DNA of 64,000 bases from an uncultured Alphaproteobacteria bacterium. Its GTDB lineage: Bacteria > Pseudomonadota > Alphaproteobacteria > Rs-D84. A program made the position numbers and the translations under genes. The stretch is taken from NCBI GenBank assembly GCA_944392815.1, contig CALXXY010000003.1, forward strand, positions 20,096 to 84,095. The letters are read 5' to 3'. This document shows, one piece after another, positions 20,478 to 30,013 of this stretch; the stretch's first letter is position 1, and each line of letters opens with the position of its first letter. The notes beneath the pieces are model-generated. The model did no database searches. It had not been told where the DNA came from and saw nothing but the letters and a program-made list of their open reading frames with translations.

Positions 20478-20945
20478 TTATTCGGCAACAGGTGCAGTTT
20501 CTTCTGCAGCAGGCGCTTCCTCGGCCGGGGCACTTTCTTCGGCTGGCGCTTCGGCGGCCGCCTTGGCAGCGGCCTCGGCTGCGGCTTGTTCTTCGGCTAT
20601 TTTGGCCAATTTTTCCTGTTTATCTTTGATTTTCATCAAAGTTTTTTCTGACTGTTGATTTTTCTTGGTCTGATTTGGCACCACACGTGCAGCCACCAAC
20701 CCAGCATTCGCCAGAAAACGATACACACGGTCAGATGGTTTTGCACCCTTGGCCAACCAATCTTTGATTTCATCAATTTTTAAAATAACGCGTTTTTCGC
20801 TGTCGCGCGGCAACATCGGGTCATATTTACCCACAGTCGCCAAAATATTGCCAGAATTACGCGCATTGCGTGAATCCGTGACAACAACATGATAATACGG
20901 GCGTTTTTTTGCACCGAAACGCGCCAATCTGATAACAGTTGCCAT
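20478..20945 (-). CDS. rpsP: 30S ribosomal protein S16 with Ala/Glu-rich C-terminal extension
   Basis: [31 protein letters not shown] core followed by an [21 protein letters not shown] tail. Confidence 0.9.
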   Translation of the reverse strand: [155 protein letters not shown]

Positions 20946-21198
20946 AATTTTGCTCCTTTTTTCATTAACTGTTTAACCCCATACAGAAAACCACACACCA
21001 AAGACGAACACTCGTCAGATGATGTACCAAGTGCATACCGCACACTGGGATAACTGTGATGGCAATCTTTGGGATTTGCGTTGGCTATTTTGTACTAAAA
21101 AACCGAAAAAGTCAAATATTTTATGTATTTTTATAATGCAAACAAAAATATTCTTTTGTATACTTACATTCGCGAAACAACAATCAAAAGGAGAAAAC

Positions 21199-21612
21199 AT
21201 GAAAAAATTATCCGCATTGGCATTGGCCACCATCGCATTGACCGCATGCGGCGACAACGCGCCAACACCGGCCGATTTCGCCACAATTGAAACAGAAATT
21301 CAAAATTCTGCCACCGCCGACACACCAATTTCCATTGTTGCCCTGGGCGCAAATGGCGACTATGTAATCGCTTTGCCGGCGAACGAAACAGTGACGGCCA
21401 TTGCCGCGAAAAAGAAATCCGTCGCATTCCTGTCCGTTGAAAATCCGGCGCAATACGTGACCGAGGGCAAATGTTTACTGAACATCATTCCACAAAACAC
21501 AATGATGGCAATGAACACCCCAGAAAACAAATGTAATTTCCGTTTGTTCTGTGGCACAGCCGACGACATCAACAACAACGAATTCTATGCAGTTGAACTG
21601 TGTTCGGAATAA
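21199..21612 (+). CDS. Small lipoprotein (unknown)
   Basis: AAAGGAGAAAAC RBS and lipobox LALATIALTAC. Confidence 0.5.
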   Translation: MKKLSALALATIALTACGDNAPTPADFATIETEIQNSATADTPISIVALGANGDYVIALPANETVTAIAAKKKSVAFLSVENPAQYVTEGKCLLNIIPQNTMMAMNTPENKCNFRLFCGTADDINNNEFYAVELCSE

Positions 21613-21626
21613 TAAAAACACAAAAA

Positions 21627-21657
21627 TAAAAAATCCCGCAAATGCGGGATTTTTTAT
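21627..21657. terminator. Bidirectional terminator (lipoprotein gene / gdh)
   Basis: aaaaaatcccgcaaatgcgggatttttt. Confidence 0.75.
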
Positions 21658-22910
21658 TAATACCAACCGCGCAATTTCATAGCGGCCGCCACACGTTTGA
21701 TTGAATGCATGTATGCGGCTTCGCGCATAGACACATTGTATTCTTCTTTGATTTTATAAATCGCATCAAACGCAGATTTCATCGCGGCGATTTCTTTTTG
21801 TTCCACTTCGGATTCAGGCCAATAATACCCATACCGGTTTTGCACCCATTCGAAATATGACACAGTCACACCGCCGGCGTTTGCCAAAATATCCGGAACA
21901 ACCGTCACACCGTTTTTCAGCAAAATTTCTTCGCCGTCCAGTGTTGTCGGGCCGTTGGCGCCTTCGACCACCAGTTTTGTTTTAATCAATGGCGCAGTAT
22001 CATCATTGATTGTATTTTCCATCGCACACGGCGACAACACATCAACGTCCAGCCCCCAGAATTCTTCGGCACTGATTTCTGTCGCACCTGGGAATCCCTG
22101 GATATTGCCTTTGTGTTGCGCCTTGTATTCCATTAACGCATCGATATCCAACCCGCCTTCGTTATACAGCGTCACATTCCATTCGGCAATCGCAACAATT
22201 TTTGCGCCCATATCATGCGCACATTTCGCGGTAAAACTGCCGACATTGCCAAATCCCTGAACAGCAATACGCGCACCACGAATGTCTTTGCCTTGCTTTT
22301 TCAACGCTTCGCCCATGATAATGGAAATCCCCAGGCCTGTTGCCTTGCCACGACCCAAAGATCCCGCTAATTCAACGGGTTTGCCTGTAAATGTACCAAA
22401 CGCAGATTCACCAGATAATTTGATATATTCGTCCGTCATCCACGCCATAATCTGGGCGTTGGTATTAACATCAGGGGCGGGCACATCGCGCTTTTCACCC
22501 AAAATAGGATAGATCGCATCAACATATCCACGACACAAACGTTCCAATTCACCGGCGGACAATTCTTTTGGATTAACGATAACGCCACCTTTGCCGCCGC
22601 CATACGGAATGCCGGTCACAGAACATTTAAATGTCATCCAAATGGACAGGGCAGCAACCTCGTCCCGGGTCACATTTTGATGGAATCGAATTCCACCCTT
22701 GGACGGGCCCACAGCGGTATTATGCTGGGCACGGAACCCAGTAAACACGCGCACAGAACCATCGTCCATTTTAACAGGAATCGACACTTCGACCATACGT
22801 TGCGGATATTTTAAAATTTCATAAACGTCCGCCGGCATGCCCAATTTTTCACACGCGACACGCACACGCTGCTGTGCAGCAATTAACGGATTTAAATTTT
22901 CATTTGCCAT
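21657..22910 (-). CDS. gdhA: Glutamate dehydrogenase (Glu/Leu/Phe/Val dehydrogenase family, about 417 aa)
   Basis: GPSKGGIRFH catalytic lysine motif and Rossmann GFGNVG. Confidence 0.9.
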   Translation of the reverse strand: MANENLNPLIAAQQRVRVACEKLGMPADVYEILKYPQRMVEVSIPVKMDDGSVRVFTGFRAQHNTAVGPSKGGIRFHQNVTRDEVAALSIWMTFKCSVTGIPYGGGKGGVIVNPKELSAGELERLCRGYVDAIYPILGEKRDVPAPDVNTNAQIMAWMTDEYIKLSGESAFGTFTGKPVELAGSLGRGKATGLGISIIMGEALKKQGKDIRGARIAVQGFGNVGSFTAKCAHDMGAKIVAIAEWNVTLYNEGGLDIDALMEYKAQHKGNIQGFPGATEISAEEFWGLDVDVLSPCAMENTINDDTAPLIKTKLVVEGANGPTTLDGEEILLKNGVTVVPDILANAGGVTVSYFEWVQNRYGYYWPESEVEQKEIAAMKSAFDAIYKIKEEYNVSMREAAYMHSIKRVAAAMKLRGWY

Positions 22911-22989
22911 AACTTTTCCCCTTTATTGGTTTGCATACAGCAATGAAAAATCCTAGAACCATAGTATAAAAAAATCAATCACAAAATCA

Positions 22990-24204
22990 TTACCGCCGGT
23001 TTACAGCACGCAAAATTGGATTCAGCATTACAACCAATACAAATGCCAACGCAAAAAACAAAATAATTGTTGGAACGATACCGAAACTATCCAGTATTGG
23101 CTTTAACAAAATCATTATTACGCCAGACACCCCACTTTTTATCATAGAACCAATTGAAATAACCGTGCCACGTTCATGCGATTCCGTGCGTTCATGAATA
23201 AAACCATTAAACACTAATTTTACCAACGCCTGGACGGCCGGCACAATCGCCATAATCACACACAACACATAAACAATTGGCATATTACCCGCGGCCCAAA
23301 TTGCGCCCAACGCTGCCCCAAAACCAGCAAAAATCCATATTACTGACAACCACAGGGTTTTATTATTGCCCAACCGTTCAATTGATTTATACGCAAATTT
23401 ATAACACAACATGCGCGCCACATTGTTTATCCCCAGAATCACACCAAACAACGCCACCGGCACCAACGCCGCAACCATAACGGGCTGCATCAACCACAGC
23501 ACAATTGTAGCAAATGTCCCATACAATGCCGAATACAGCATCAGTTTTGGCAACTCTGGGTGCCGGGCCGTCATACTAACAATTTTCAAACAATCCCGCA
23601 GCGGGCTGGATTCTGGGGCAACCTTGCGTTTTACTTCTGTTATTTCTGGGATAAAGAACAGTATTAAAAACATAATCAATGCCGCCATAGCATTTACCGC
23701 CAAAACTAAATTTTGACTGATTGCGAATAACGCGCCACCAATCAAAGTTCCAACCATTGTCCCAGCTGTGCCAATCGTATTAACTGAACCATTTTCGCGC
23801 AAATACGTCTTTTCTGCACCATCGCGTTTCAGCAAATCATATATGTATGCTTCTTTGGTTCCGCTGAACAGCGCAGTTGCCACCCCCAATCCGGACTCGC
23901 ACAACAGCACCGCCCAAAAACCAGTTCCAAACAATAATATTGAAAAAGACAAAAACGTCGCAAGCGCGCCCAAAATCAATATTTTCCGCCGCGAAAAAAC
24001 ATCTGCCAAATACCCACTGGGGATTTCAAACAAAAACGCGACAATGCGAAATATTCCCTGAATCATAAAAAAATCGCCCAATCCGACCCCTTTGTTTTGA
24101 TAAATCAAAACGATAACAGGCAATATTGGAACAAACAGATGGAAAAATTCGGCAACCTTCAAAATCCATAACGCGGTTTTCGTTTCCCGCGACAACATAG
24201 ACAT
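22990..24204 (-). CDS. MFS-type transporter
   Basis: 12 predicted TM helices and an MFS-like loop motif (DVFSRRKILILG). Confidence 0.75.
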   Translation of the reverse strand: MSMLSRETKTALWILKVAEFFHLFVPILPVIVLIYQNKGVGLGDFFMIQGIFRIVAFLFEIPSGYLADVFSRRKILILGALATFLSFSILLFGTGFWAVLLCESGLGVATALFSGTKEAYIYDLLKRDGAEKTYLRENGSVNTIGTAGTMVGTLIGGALFAISQNLVLAVNAMAALIMFLILFFIPEITEVKRKVAPESSPLRDCLKIVSMTARHPELPKLMLYSALYGTFATIVLWLMQPVMVAALVPVALFGVILGINNVARMLCYKFAYKSIERLGNNKTLWLSVIWIFAGFGAALGAIWAAGNMPIVYVLCVIMAIVPAVQALVKLVFNGFIHERTESHERGTVISIGSMIKSGVSGVIMILLKPILDSFGIVPTIILFFALAFVLVVMLNPILRAVNRR

Positions 24205-24225
24205 TTTGTGGTCTTTTTATTTTTA

Positions 24226-24410
24226 TTGGTGCGCGACGCGAGGATACCCGACTCACACCAACCCAAACGTATTTCTGGTGCGGGCGAAGGGAATCCGAAC
24301 GATTAAGCACCCGACGCGCGCCGTTATTAGGCGCAAGTCGTTGGTGCGCGACGCGAGGATACCCGACTCACATCAGCCCAAATAAATCTCTGGTGCGGGC
24401 GAAGGGAATC
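24226..24410. repeat. Imperfect tandem duplication (about 115-bp period) carrying a 20-nt copy of the tRNA-Gly 3' end
   Basis: ttggtgcgcgacgcgaggatacccgactcaca (32/32 identical) ... tggtgcgggcgaagggaatc (20/20) occurs at 24226-24295 and again at 24341-24410. The second copy runs into the real tRNA. Confidence 0.8.
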
Positions 24411-24464
24411 GAACCCTCGTCTTCAGCTTGGGAAGCTGACGTGCTACCATTATACCACGCCCGC
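24391..24464 (-). tRNA. tRNA-Gly (anticodon CCC)
   Basis: Reverse complement GCGGGCGTGGTATAATGGTAGCACGTCAGCTTCCCAAGCTGAAGACGAGGGTTCGATTCCCTTCGCCCGCACCA, 74 nt with a clean cloverleaf. Confidence 0.85.
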
Positions 24465-24514
24465 GCACTGCGTGATTCTATACCACGCACAAAAAAATGT
24501 CCAGTTTTTATTTT

Positions 24515-25153
24515 TTATCTGCTTTGCGAATATACATTTATTGGACGCCTGTCCCAACTCGCATTTTCTTTGACAACACGTGCAGGGTTCCCAGCAATAA
24601 CACAATTTGGTTTGTCAAATGTTCCGCTTACCACCGCACCAGTGCCAATAATGCACCCATCTGCAATTTTTGTATTTTTGCATATTGTGGCACCATAACC
24701 AACCCAGACATGATTTCCAATTGTCACATATTTGCCAAAATTTGTCACATTACCCTGCATATCTGTAATCGTATGCGTATCACTGGCCCAAATAATAATT
24801 TTTTCTGAAAACTGACAATCTTCGCCTATGGATATATTGACATTATCTTCGCGCACACGAATATCAGCAGAAACAAACGTAGTTCCAGCCCCAACAGATA
24901 AAGAACAATTATTGCAATCGCCAGCCCCAAACCCCAGGTGTACCGCCAATCCCCCACCCACAGAATCGATACGTACACGGTTATTATCACCATAAATGCT
25001 CAATTTTGGTACAGAATGTTTCCCAACCACAACATCGTTGCCAACACCATGAATTCCGCGATAATTTTTAATACTATAACTGATAATCTTTATGCCGAAC
25101 ACATATATATGAACACGTCCAGAATCACTAATCGTCTTTTTTATAATGCGCAT
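24515..25153 (-). CDS. Hexapeptide-repeat (left-handed beta-helix) acetyltransferase
   Basis: Repeated [LIV]G.N..[IV] hexapeptides (IGNHVWVGYGATICKNTKIADGCIIGTGAVV). Confidence 0.75.
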   Translation of the reverse strand: MRIIKKTISDSGRVHIYVFGIKIISYSIKNYRGIHGVGNDVVVGKHSVPKLSIYGDNNRVRIDSVGGGLAVHLGFGAGDCNNCSLSVGAGTTFVSADIRVREDNVNISIGEDCQFSEKIIIWASDTHTITDMQGNVTNFGKYVTIGNHVWVGYGATICKNTKIADGCIIGTGAVVSGTFDKPNCVIAGNPARVVKENASWDRRPINVYSQSR

Positions 25154-25165
25154 ATCCCCCCCCCA

Positions 25166-25381
25166 TTATCGTTGCTTTGCATTTAATTCGCGCTGTAATT
25201 TTTCAAATTGTGCAGGTGCGGCCCGCAACAGTTTTCTGTTTGGATTGCTGCGCGCCATAGATTTACGCAATGCCGCCAATTTTCCCAAAATCGTAAACGC
25301 CCCGCATGATTTCGCACAATTTTCCGCCGATGAAATCATCGCCAACAATTGATTCCAATCTAATTCGCGTTTTGCGTCCAT
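25166..25381 (-). CDS. Small hypothetical protein
   Basis: 71-aa ORF between the acetyltransferase and the LysM protein. Coding status uncertain. Confidence 0.25.
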   Translation of the reverse strand: MDAKRELDWNQLLAMISSAENCAKSCGAFTILGKLAALRKSMARSNPNRKLLRAAPAQFEKLQRELNAKQR

Positions 25382-26535
25382 TATTTTCCTGTACCACCAG
25401 TTGGAATTTGTAAATTTTGATTTGGGAAAATCAAATTTGGATTTTCGATATTATTACGTTCGGCGATTATACTGAACAACACGCCACGACGCAGGAAATT
25501 GCGCGCAATAATCCACAAACAATCACCACGACGCACAGTATAATACGTATCGTCATCACCGGTCATTTCCGGCATAGTAAATTTATGATTTACTTCGGCA
25601 ATAGTGCGCCCATCGCCATCATGCAAACGCACAGTCAATTTATATTCCTGGCCAGATTTTAAATCGCCAACGTCCGCACCCAATCCAAAATGTTTGTAAT
25701 CAGAAACGCGTGCAAACCCCAGATATTTATCGTCCAACGACAACGACACACGCAACCGTGGCAATGAATCACCCGTCACCACAATACGCCCAGTATCCAG
25801 ATAGTCAATTTTGGACACAACCAAATCGCCATCAACCAACATAGTTGGTGCCTGCAACAAAGTGCTGCCATCATCTGTCATCAATAACGATACAGAATTT
25901 TGATATCCACGTTCAGAAATATACACAAACACATTTTCATCAGATTTCACATTTCCACGAATGCCAATCAATGAAATTGTATAGTTTCCTGCCTCAAACG
26001 CACGGGCGGGCGAATACACAAACTCGCCATTTTTGTCTGTGCGTTCTGTTGCAACAATTTCGCCATTTATAACAATGGAAACACTGTCATCTGCGACCCA
26101 ACGTCCCGCGACAACAACTGTACCCTGGGGTTCAATACGCACAATATCAAACGTCGGCACGCTGACCTGTTCAAACGTTTCGGCCACAATACGTGTTGTT
26201 GGTTCTGCGACCGGTGGCACAACGACGACAGTATCACTTGGGCGATGAAAAAACGCCACCCATACCGCCACCAACACAACAAACACAGCACACAGAATAG
26301 GGAACCAATACGCAGCCACCCCACCACGACGCGTTTCTTTTTTCTGACCCGTCGGATTTTTATCTGCATCATGTGTCGGATTTGGACGGGCAAAAATATT
26401 CAGCGTTTTCAAAAAACGCCGCGCAAAAGTACGTCTGTTTTCCATCCAATCATTTTGCTGCGCAATTGCACTGTCAATCAAATCGTCCGTTGAACGTTTT
26501 GTTTTTCCCATACTAGATTTATTGCTGGCGACCAT
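25381..26535 (-). CDS. Membrane-anchored protein with C-terminal LysM domain
   Basis: TM helix (WFPILCAVFVVLVAVWVAFF). C-terminal YTVRRGDCLWIIARNFL...NIENPNLIFPNQNLQIP matches the LysM consensus. Confidence 0.7.
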   Translation of the reverse strand: MVASNKSSMGKTKRSTDDLIDSAIAQQNDWMENRRTFARRFLKTLNIFARPNPTHDADKNPTGQKKETRRGGVAAYWFPILCAVFVVLVAVWVAFFHRPSDTVVVVPPVAEPTTRIVAETFEQVSVPTFDIVRIEPQGTVVVAGRWVADDSVSIVINGEIVATERTDKNGEFVYSPARAFEAGNYTISLIGIRGNVKSDENVFVYISERGYQNSVSLLMTDDGSTLLQAPTMLVDGDLVVSKIDYLDTGRIVVTGDSLPRLRVSLSLDDKYLGFARVSDYKHFGLGADVGDLKSGQEYKLTVRLHDGDGRTIAEVNHKFTMPEMTGDDDTYYTVRRGDCLWIIARNFLRRGVLFSIIAERNNIENPNLIFPNQNLQIPTGGTGK

Positions 26536-26649
26536 ACTGAAATCTCCTGATAAATTATTAAATTTAATCTTTGGACAAATTATTGCAAATATAATTTCTT
26601 TGTCAACTTATTTATGATATAATAGGGTGTTAATAAAACGGGGAAATTC

Positions 26650-27729
26650 ATGAAAAGAATAGGCATCATGACAACCGGCGGCGATTGTTCCGGTTTGAAT
26701 ACAGTAATCCAGCGTTTATACCGTGGCGCAACATTGCGTGGTTGGCGCACCATCGGAATTCTGGACGGCACAGACGGCCTGTGCACAACGCCACCAATGG
26801 TTCTGGAATTTGACAACGACACTTTACCGATTGAATCGGCACGCCTGGCGGGCAGTTTTCTGCACAACGGTCGCGCGGGCGCATTAAATTTTGAAACCGC
26901 GGCCGAAACGGGAAAATTGTCACAATTTAATAAACAATTACGCAAATCATTAACAGATTTAAAACTGGACGCGTTAATTTTAATCGGCGGCAATGGCAGT
27001 TTATCACTCGCATGGCGCAATCGCGACATATATTCAGATCTGCAACTGATATGCATTCCAAAAACAATTGATATGGATATCCCGCTGACCGATAAAACAA
27101 TCGGATTCAACACTGCGGTTCAACAATTAACATCTTTCTGTGATCAATTAATGTTAACCGCCCGCAGTCATCACCGCTGGTTTGTGGTGCAAACAATGGG
27201 GCGCGACTGCGGCCAGTTGGCTTTAAATGCAGGCATTGCAATCGGCGCAACCGCGATATTAATTCCAGAAATAAAATTCGACGTAAATTCATTAATCGAA
27301 CACATAAAAAATTTCCCACGCGATTATGGAATAATCCTTGTATCCGAAGGCATATCCCTGCGGGGACATTCTGGCCGCCCGGCGGATATGATATCCCGCA
27401 AATTAACCGCGGCAAAAATATGCAATCGCACCGCATACCCCGAACACACCCAGCGTGTTGGCGACACCACCGCAGCGGACAGAATCCTGGCCGCCCGCAT
27501 GGCGGATTGTGCACTGCGTGCAATTGAAAATAATGAAACATATGTAATGACGGCGATCAAGGATTGCAAATGCGAAACGGTCAGTTTGGCGGACTTTTTC
27601 GCGGCGGGCGACGTGACGGCCGACCCCAATATTCCAGATTTACAAACGTCCGACGCATATGTATCACCGGACGACCCATTACTGGACATCGCAACCAGCA
27701 TGGGCATATACCTGGGCGAAATAAAATAA
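26650..27729 (+). CDS. pfk: 6-phosphofructokinase family protein
   Basis: IGIMTTGGDCSGLN N-terminal motif, LILIGGNGS, and MGR...G active-site region. Confidence 0.85.
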   Translation: MKRIGIMTTGGDCSGLNTVIQRLYRGATLRGWRTIGILDGTDGLCTTPPMVLEFDNDTLPIESARLAGSFLHNGRAGALNFETAAETGKLSQFNKQLRKSLTDLKLDALILIGGNGSLSLAWRNRDIYSDLQLICIPKTIDMDIPLTDKTIGFNTAVQQLTSFCDQLMLTARSHHRWFVVQTMGRDCGQLALNAGIAIGATAILIPEIKFDVNSLIEHIKNFPRDYGIILVSEGISLRGHSGRPADMISRKLTAAKICNRTAYPEHTQRVGDTTAADRILAARMADCALRAIENNETYVMTAIKDCKCETVSLADFFAAGDVTADPNIPDLQTSDAYVSPDDPLLDIATSMGIYLGEIK

Positions 27730-27755
27730 TCCCACACCACGTGGGATTTTTATAT
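27728..27755 (+). terminator. Terminator after pfk
   Basis: cccacaccacgtgggattttta. Confidence 0.7.
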
Positions 27756-27846
27756 TTCTTGTTTTTATTGAAGTCAATGGGGACATTGTTTTCGGGACCT
27801 AGAAAATCCTGTAAGTATACACCCTGGAAGAAAACAAACACTGCTA

Positions 27847-28032
27847 TTGTCGTATGATTATATTACTATCGCACAGGATGCCTGTTCAGATGGCTATATA
27901 TCCGCCGGTACAGCCACCAGTTGCCTGGCACCCAATCCGGGCGGTTCGTGCATAATGTACGCCCCGGTGGGCGTATCGTATACAGACGCCACCGGCACAT
28001 ATGAATTCGAACAACCCTGCGCCATGGAATAA
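27847..28032 (+). CDS. Small Cys/Gly/Thr-rich hypothetical protein (61 aa); homolog of the 47922-48272 product
   Basis: C-terminal TGTYEFEQPC matches SGTFVYDQDC in the second ORF, with third-codon-position differences. Weak RBS. Confidence 0.4.
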   Translation: MSYDYITIAQDACSDGYISAGTATSCLAPNPGGSCIMYAPVGVSYTDATGTYEFEQPCAME

Positions 28033-28042
28033 AATACAAACC

Positions 28043-28303
28043 GTCGCGTTCTAAAATGCCCACCGCCACCGGGTCCCGCGCAAACATAGTTTGCGTGGGT
28101 GGTTCCAGGGCGGGGGGGGGGGTGACGGTCGTCAGACCGTCGGGGGGTGGAGCACAATGACCACCCCATCGCAGAACAAAGTTCCCCTCTACGGAGGGGT
28201 GGCACGTAGTGCCGGGGTGGTATCCCGCGCCATTGGCGCGGACAACATCTACACTCTACACTCTAAACTCTATTATTCCCGCGCCGATGGCGCGGGAATA
28301 ATA
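28043..28303 (+). repeat. Repeat element copy A: 114-nt structured G-rich core plus hairpin module(s)
   Basis: About 97% identity with 48328-48441 over the core (28055-28167). Followed by several small hairpins and one 14-bp-stem hairpin (tattattcccgcgcc gatg gcgcgggaataata) that abuts the tolA stop codon. Confidence 0.85.
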
Positions 28304-29083
28304 CTACATAACCTTGCCCTGGGTGGGGTAAAACGTCAATTGGATTTTTTCCCATTTTTCAAATTCATTGGTGGGCAACATTTTAAATGGCTGACAAACA
28401 TTTATCGCACTGCGAATAGTATCCAACACATACGCAAACGCAGGATCCGTTTCTGCACGCGCGGCTGATTCAAACCACACGTCACGCACGGTACCATTCC
28501 GCCGCATCGTCAAATGTGCCACTGCACGAATATCGCCAATGTCATCGCGCGTTGTGTCAATTGTCCAACACCGCGTCATCGCCACACGCAACGCGTCAAC
28601 CACAGATACCGTCAATGTTCTGTCTAATGACACAACCTCGCGATTAACACGGATAACCGTTTTTTTCTTTTTCGGTTTTTCAACCGTTTCGTCGGATTTA
28701 ACAGTATTCACCACGGGTTCCGGTATTTCGGGCGCATCCGGCGCACTGTCCACCAAACTGGGCGCAACAATTGGTTCGGGCTCGCTATCTGCGGGCTGCG
28801 CCTCGGGCTCAGGCGCCTTGACCGGTGCGGGCGGGGTGGGGGTGGCGGCATCGCTGTCATCGTCCATTTCCGCATCAGCATTCACATTATGCAAAATTGT
28901 TTCATCGCCACTGACCCGCACAGAGCCCAAATCAATTTCCAAAATTTCAATCCTGTCCGGGGCAACCAATCCGGCGCGTTCAACCACCACGGCAAACGAC
29001 GTCAGCATTATCGCCAACAATGCCAAATGTCCGCACACAGACATCAAAAAATTTTCCGATGAAAATCTGTCGCCAAATTTCAT
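28304..29083 (-). CDS. tolA: TolA-like protein (TM anchor, Pro/Glu/Ala-rich linker, TonB/TolA-type C-terminal domain)
   Basis: Sits after tolQ-tolR. N-terminal TM helix, PEPEAQPADSEPEP linker, and basic KPKKKK segment. Confidence 0.6.
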   Translation of the reverse strand: MKFGDRFSSENFLMSVCGHLALLAIMLTSFAVVVERAGLVAPDRIEILEIDLGSVRVSGDETILHNVNADAEMDDDSDAATPTPPAPVKAPEPEAQPADSEPEPIVAPSLVDSAPDAPEIPEPVVNTVKSDETVEKPKKKKTVIRVNREVVSLDRTLTVSVVDALRVAMTRCWTIDTTRDDIGDIRAVAHLTMRRNGTVRDVWFESAARAETDPAFAYVLDTIRSAINVCQPFKMLPTNEFEKWEKIQLTFYPTQGKVM

Positions 29084-29095
29084 GTTTTATATCAA

Positions 29096-29509
29096 TTATT
29101 CCGCATCTATTTCTGTGCGCAGTCCAACACGTTGAAAACCCGCATCCTTTAATTTCCCCATAACAGCCATCACCGCGCCATAATCAGCCGCCGCGTCGCC
29201 ATTTATCATTATGGTCAAATCAGGATTTTCCCCGCGCATCGCAACCACACGTTTAACAACATCGTCACGCGTCAATTCAGTCGTTCCCACATAATAACGC
29301 CCGGCCGCATCAACGCTGATTTGAATGGCGTGATCATTACCGGTCAAAGCAGAATTTCCCGCCCGTGGCAAATTTAAATCTATCCCTGTGGTCAACATAG
29401 GTGTTGTCACCATAAACACCGCCAACAACACCGTCATAATATCAATCATCGGCGTCAGCGAAATATTGACATCAGTATTTCTGTATCTTCTGCGTGTCAT
29501 GGGGTACAC
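29096..29509 (-). CDS. tolR: TolR/ExbD family protein
   Basis: INLTPMIDIMTVLLAVFMV TM helix and an ExbD fold. Confidence 0.8.
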   Translation of the reverse strand: MYPMTRRRYRNTDVNISLTPMIDIMTVLLAVFMVTTPMLTTGIDLNLPRAGNSALTGNDHAIQISVDAAGRYYVGTTELTRDDVVKRVVAMRGENPDLTIMINGDAAADYGAVMAVMGKLKDAGFQRVGLRTEIDAE

Positions 29510-30013
29510 CTATTTATGTTTAAAACTTTTGGCCTTTAATTCTTTGACATGTTCGGTCAAAACATCATACAGGTCATCTGATTTTTTACTGAAATATTGA
29601 TACGCAATCGCCGCAGGCACCGCCGCAATCAACCCCAACGCGGTCGTCCCCAGCGCAGTCGCCAACCCCGGTGCAATAACACCAATTGACACAGATTGAT
29701 TTACACCAATCGACGCAAACGAATCCATCACGCCCCAAATCGTACCGAACAAACCGATAAAAGGCGCGACATACGACACCATGGATAAAAACCACAAATT
29801 TTTATCAAACGGCCGAATTAATTTATCCGCGATAATGGATAAATTATCATTGGCCCTGACCTGGACAGGGTGCTTTTTCTGTCCGTGCCACATACGAATT
29901 TTTTCAATAATCACAGCCCATGAAATAACACTGCCCAACACCAAAACGATTGATATAAACAGCGTCATCAAATCGCCTGTAAATAACGTAGTCAAAGAAA
30001 AAGTATTCGTCAT
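29510..30013 (-). CDS. tolQ: TolQ/ExbB family proton channel
   Basis: Three TM helices and a MotA/TolQ/ExbB signature (APFIGLFGTIWGVM). Confidence 0.85.
   Translation of the reverse strand: MTNTFSLTTLFTGDLMTLFISIVLVLGSVISWAVIIEKIRMWHGQKKHPVQVRANDNLSIIADKLIRPFDKNLWFLSMVSYVAPFIGLFGTIWGVMDSFASIGVNQSVSIGVIAPGLATALGTTALGLIAAVPAAIAYQYFSKKSDDLYDVLTEHVKELKAKSFKHK

Noticed and set aside
27894-28205. Minus-strand ORFs crossing the repeat element (also 48155-48586 and 48324-48521) that share an identical peptide ...SLCSTPRRSDDRHPPPRPGTTHANYVCAGPG
   Set aside because: Peptide identity is a consequence of the 97%-identical DNA core. They are G-rich and Arg/Pro-rich, with no start context, so they are not coding.
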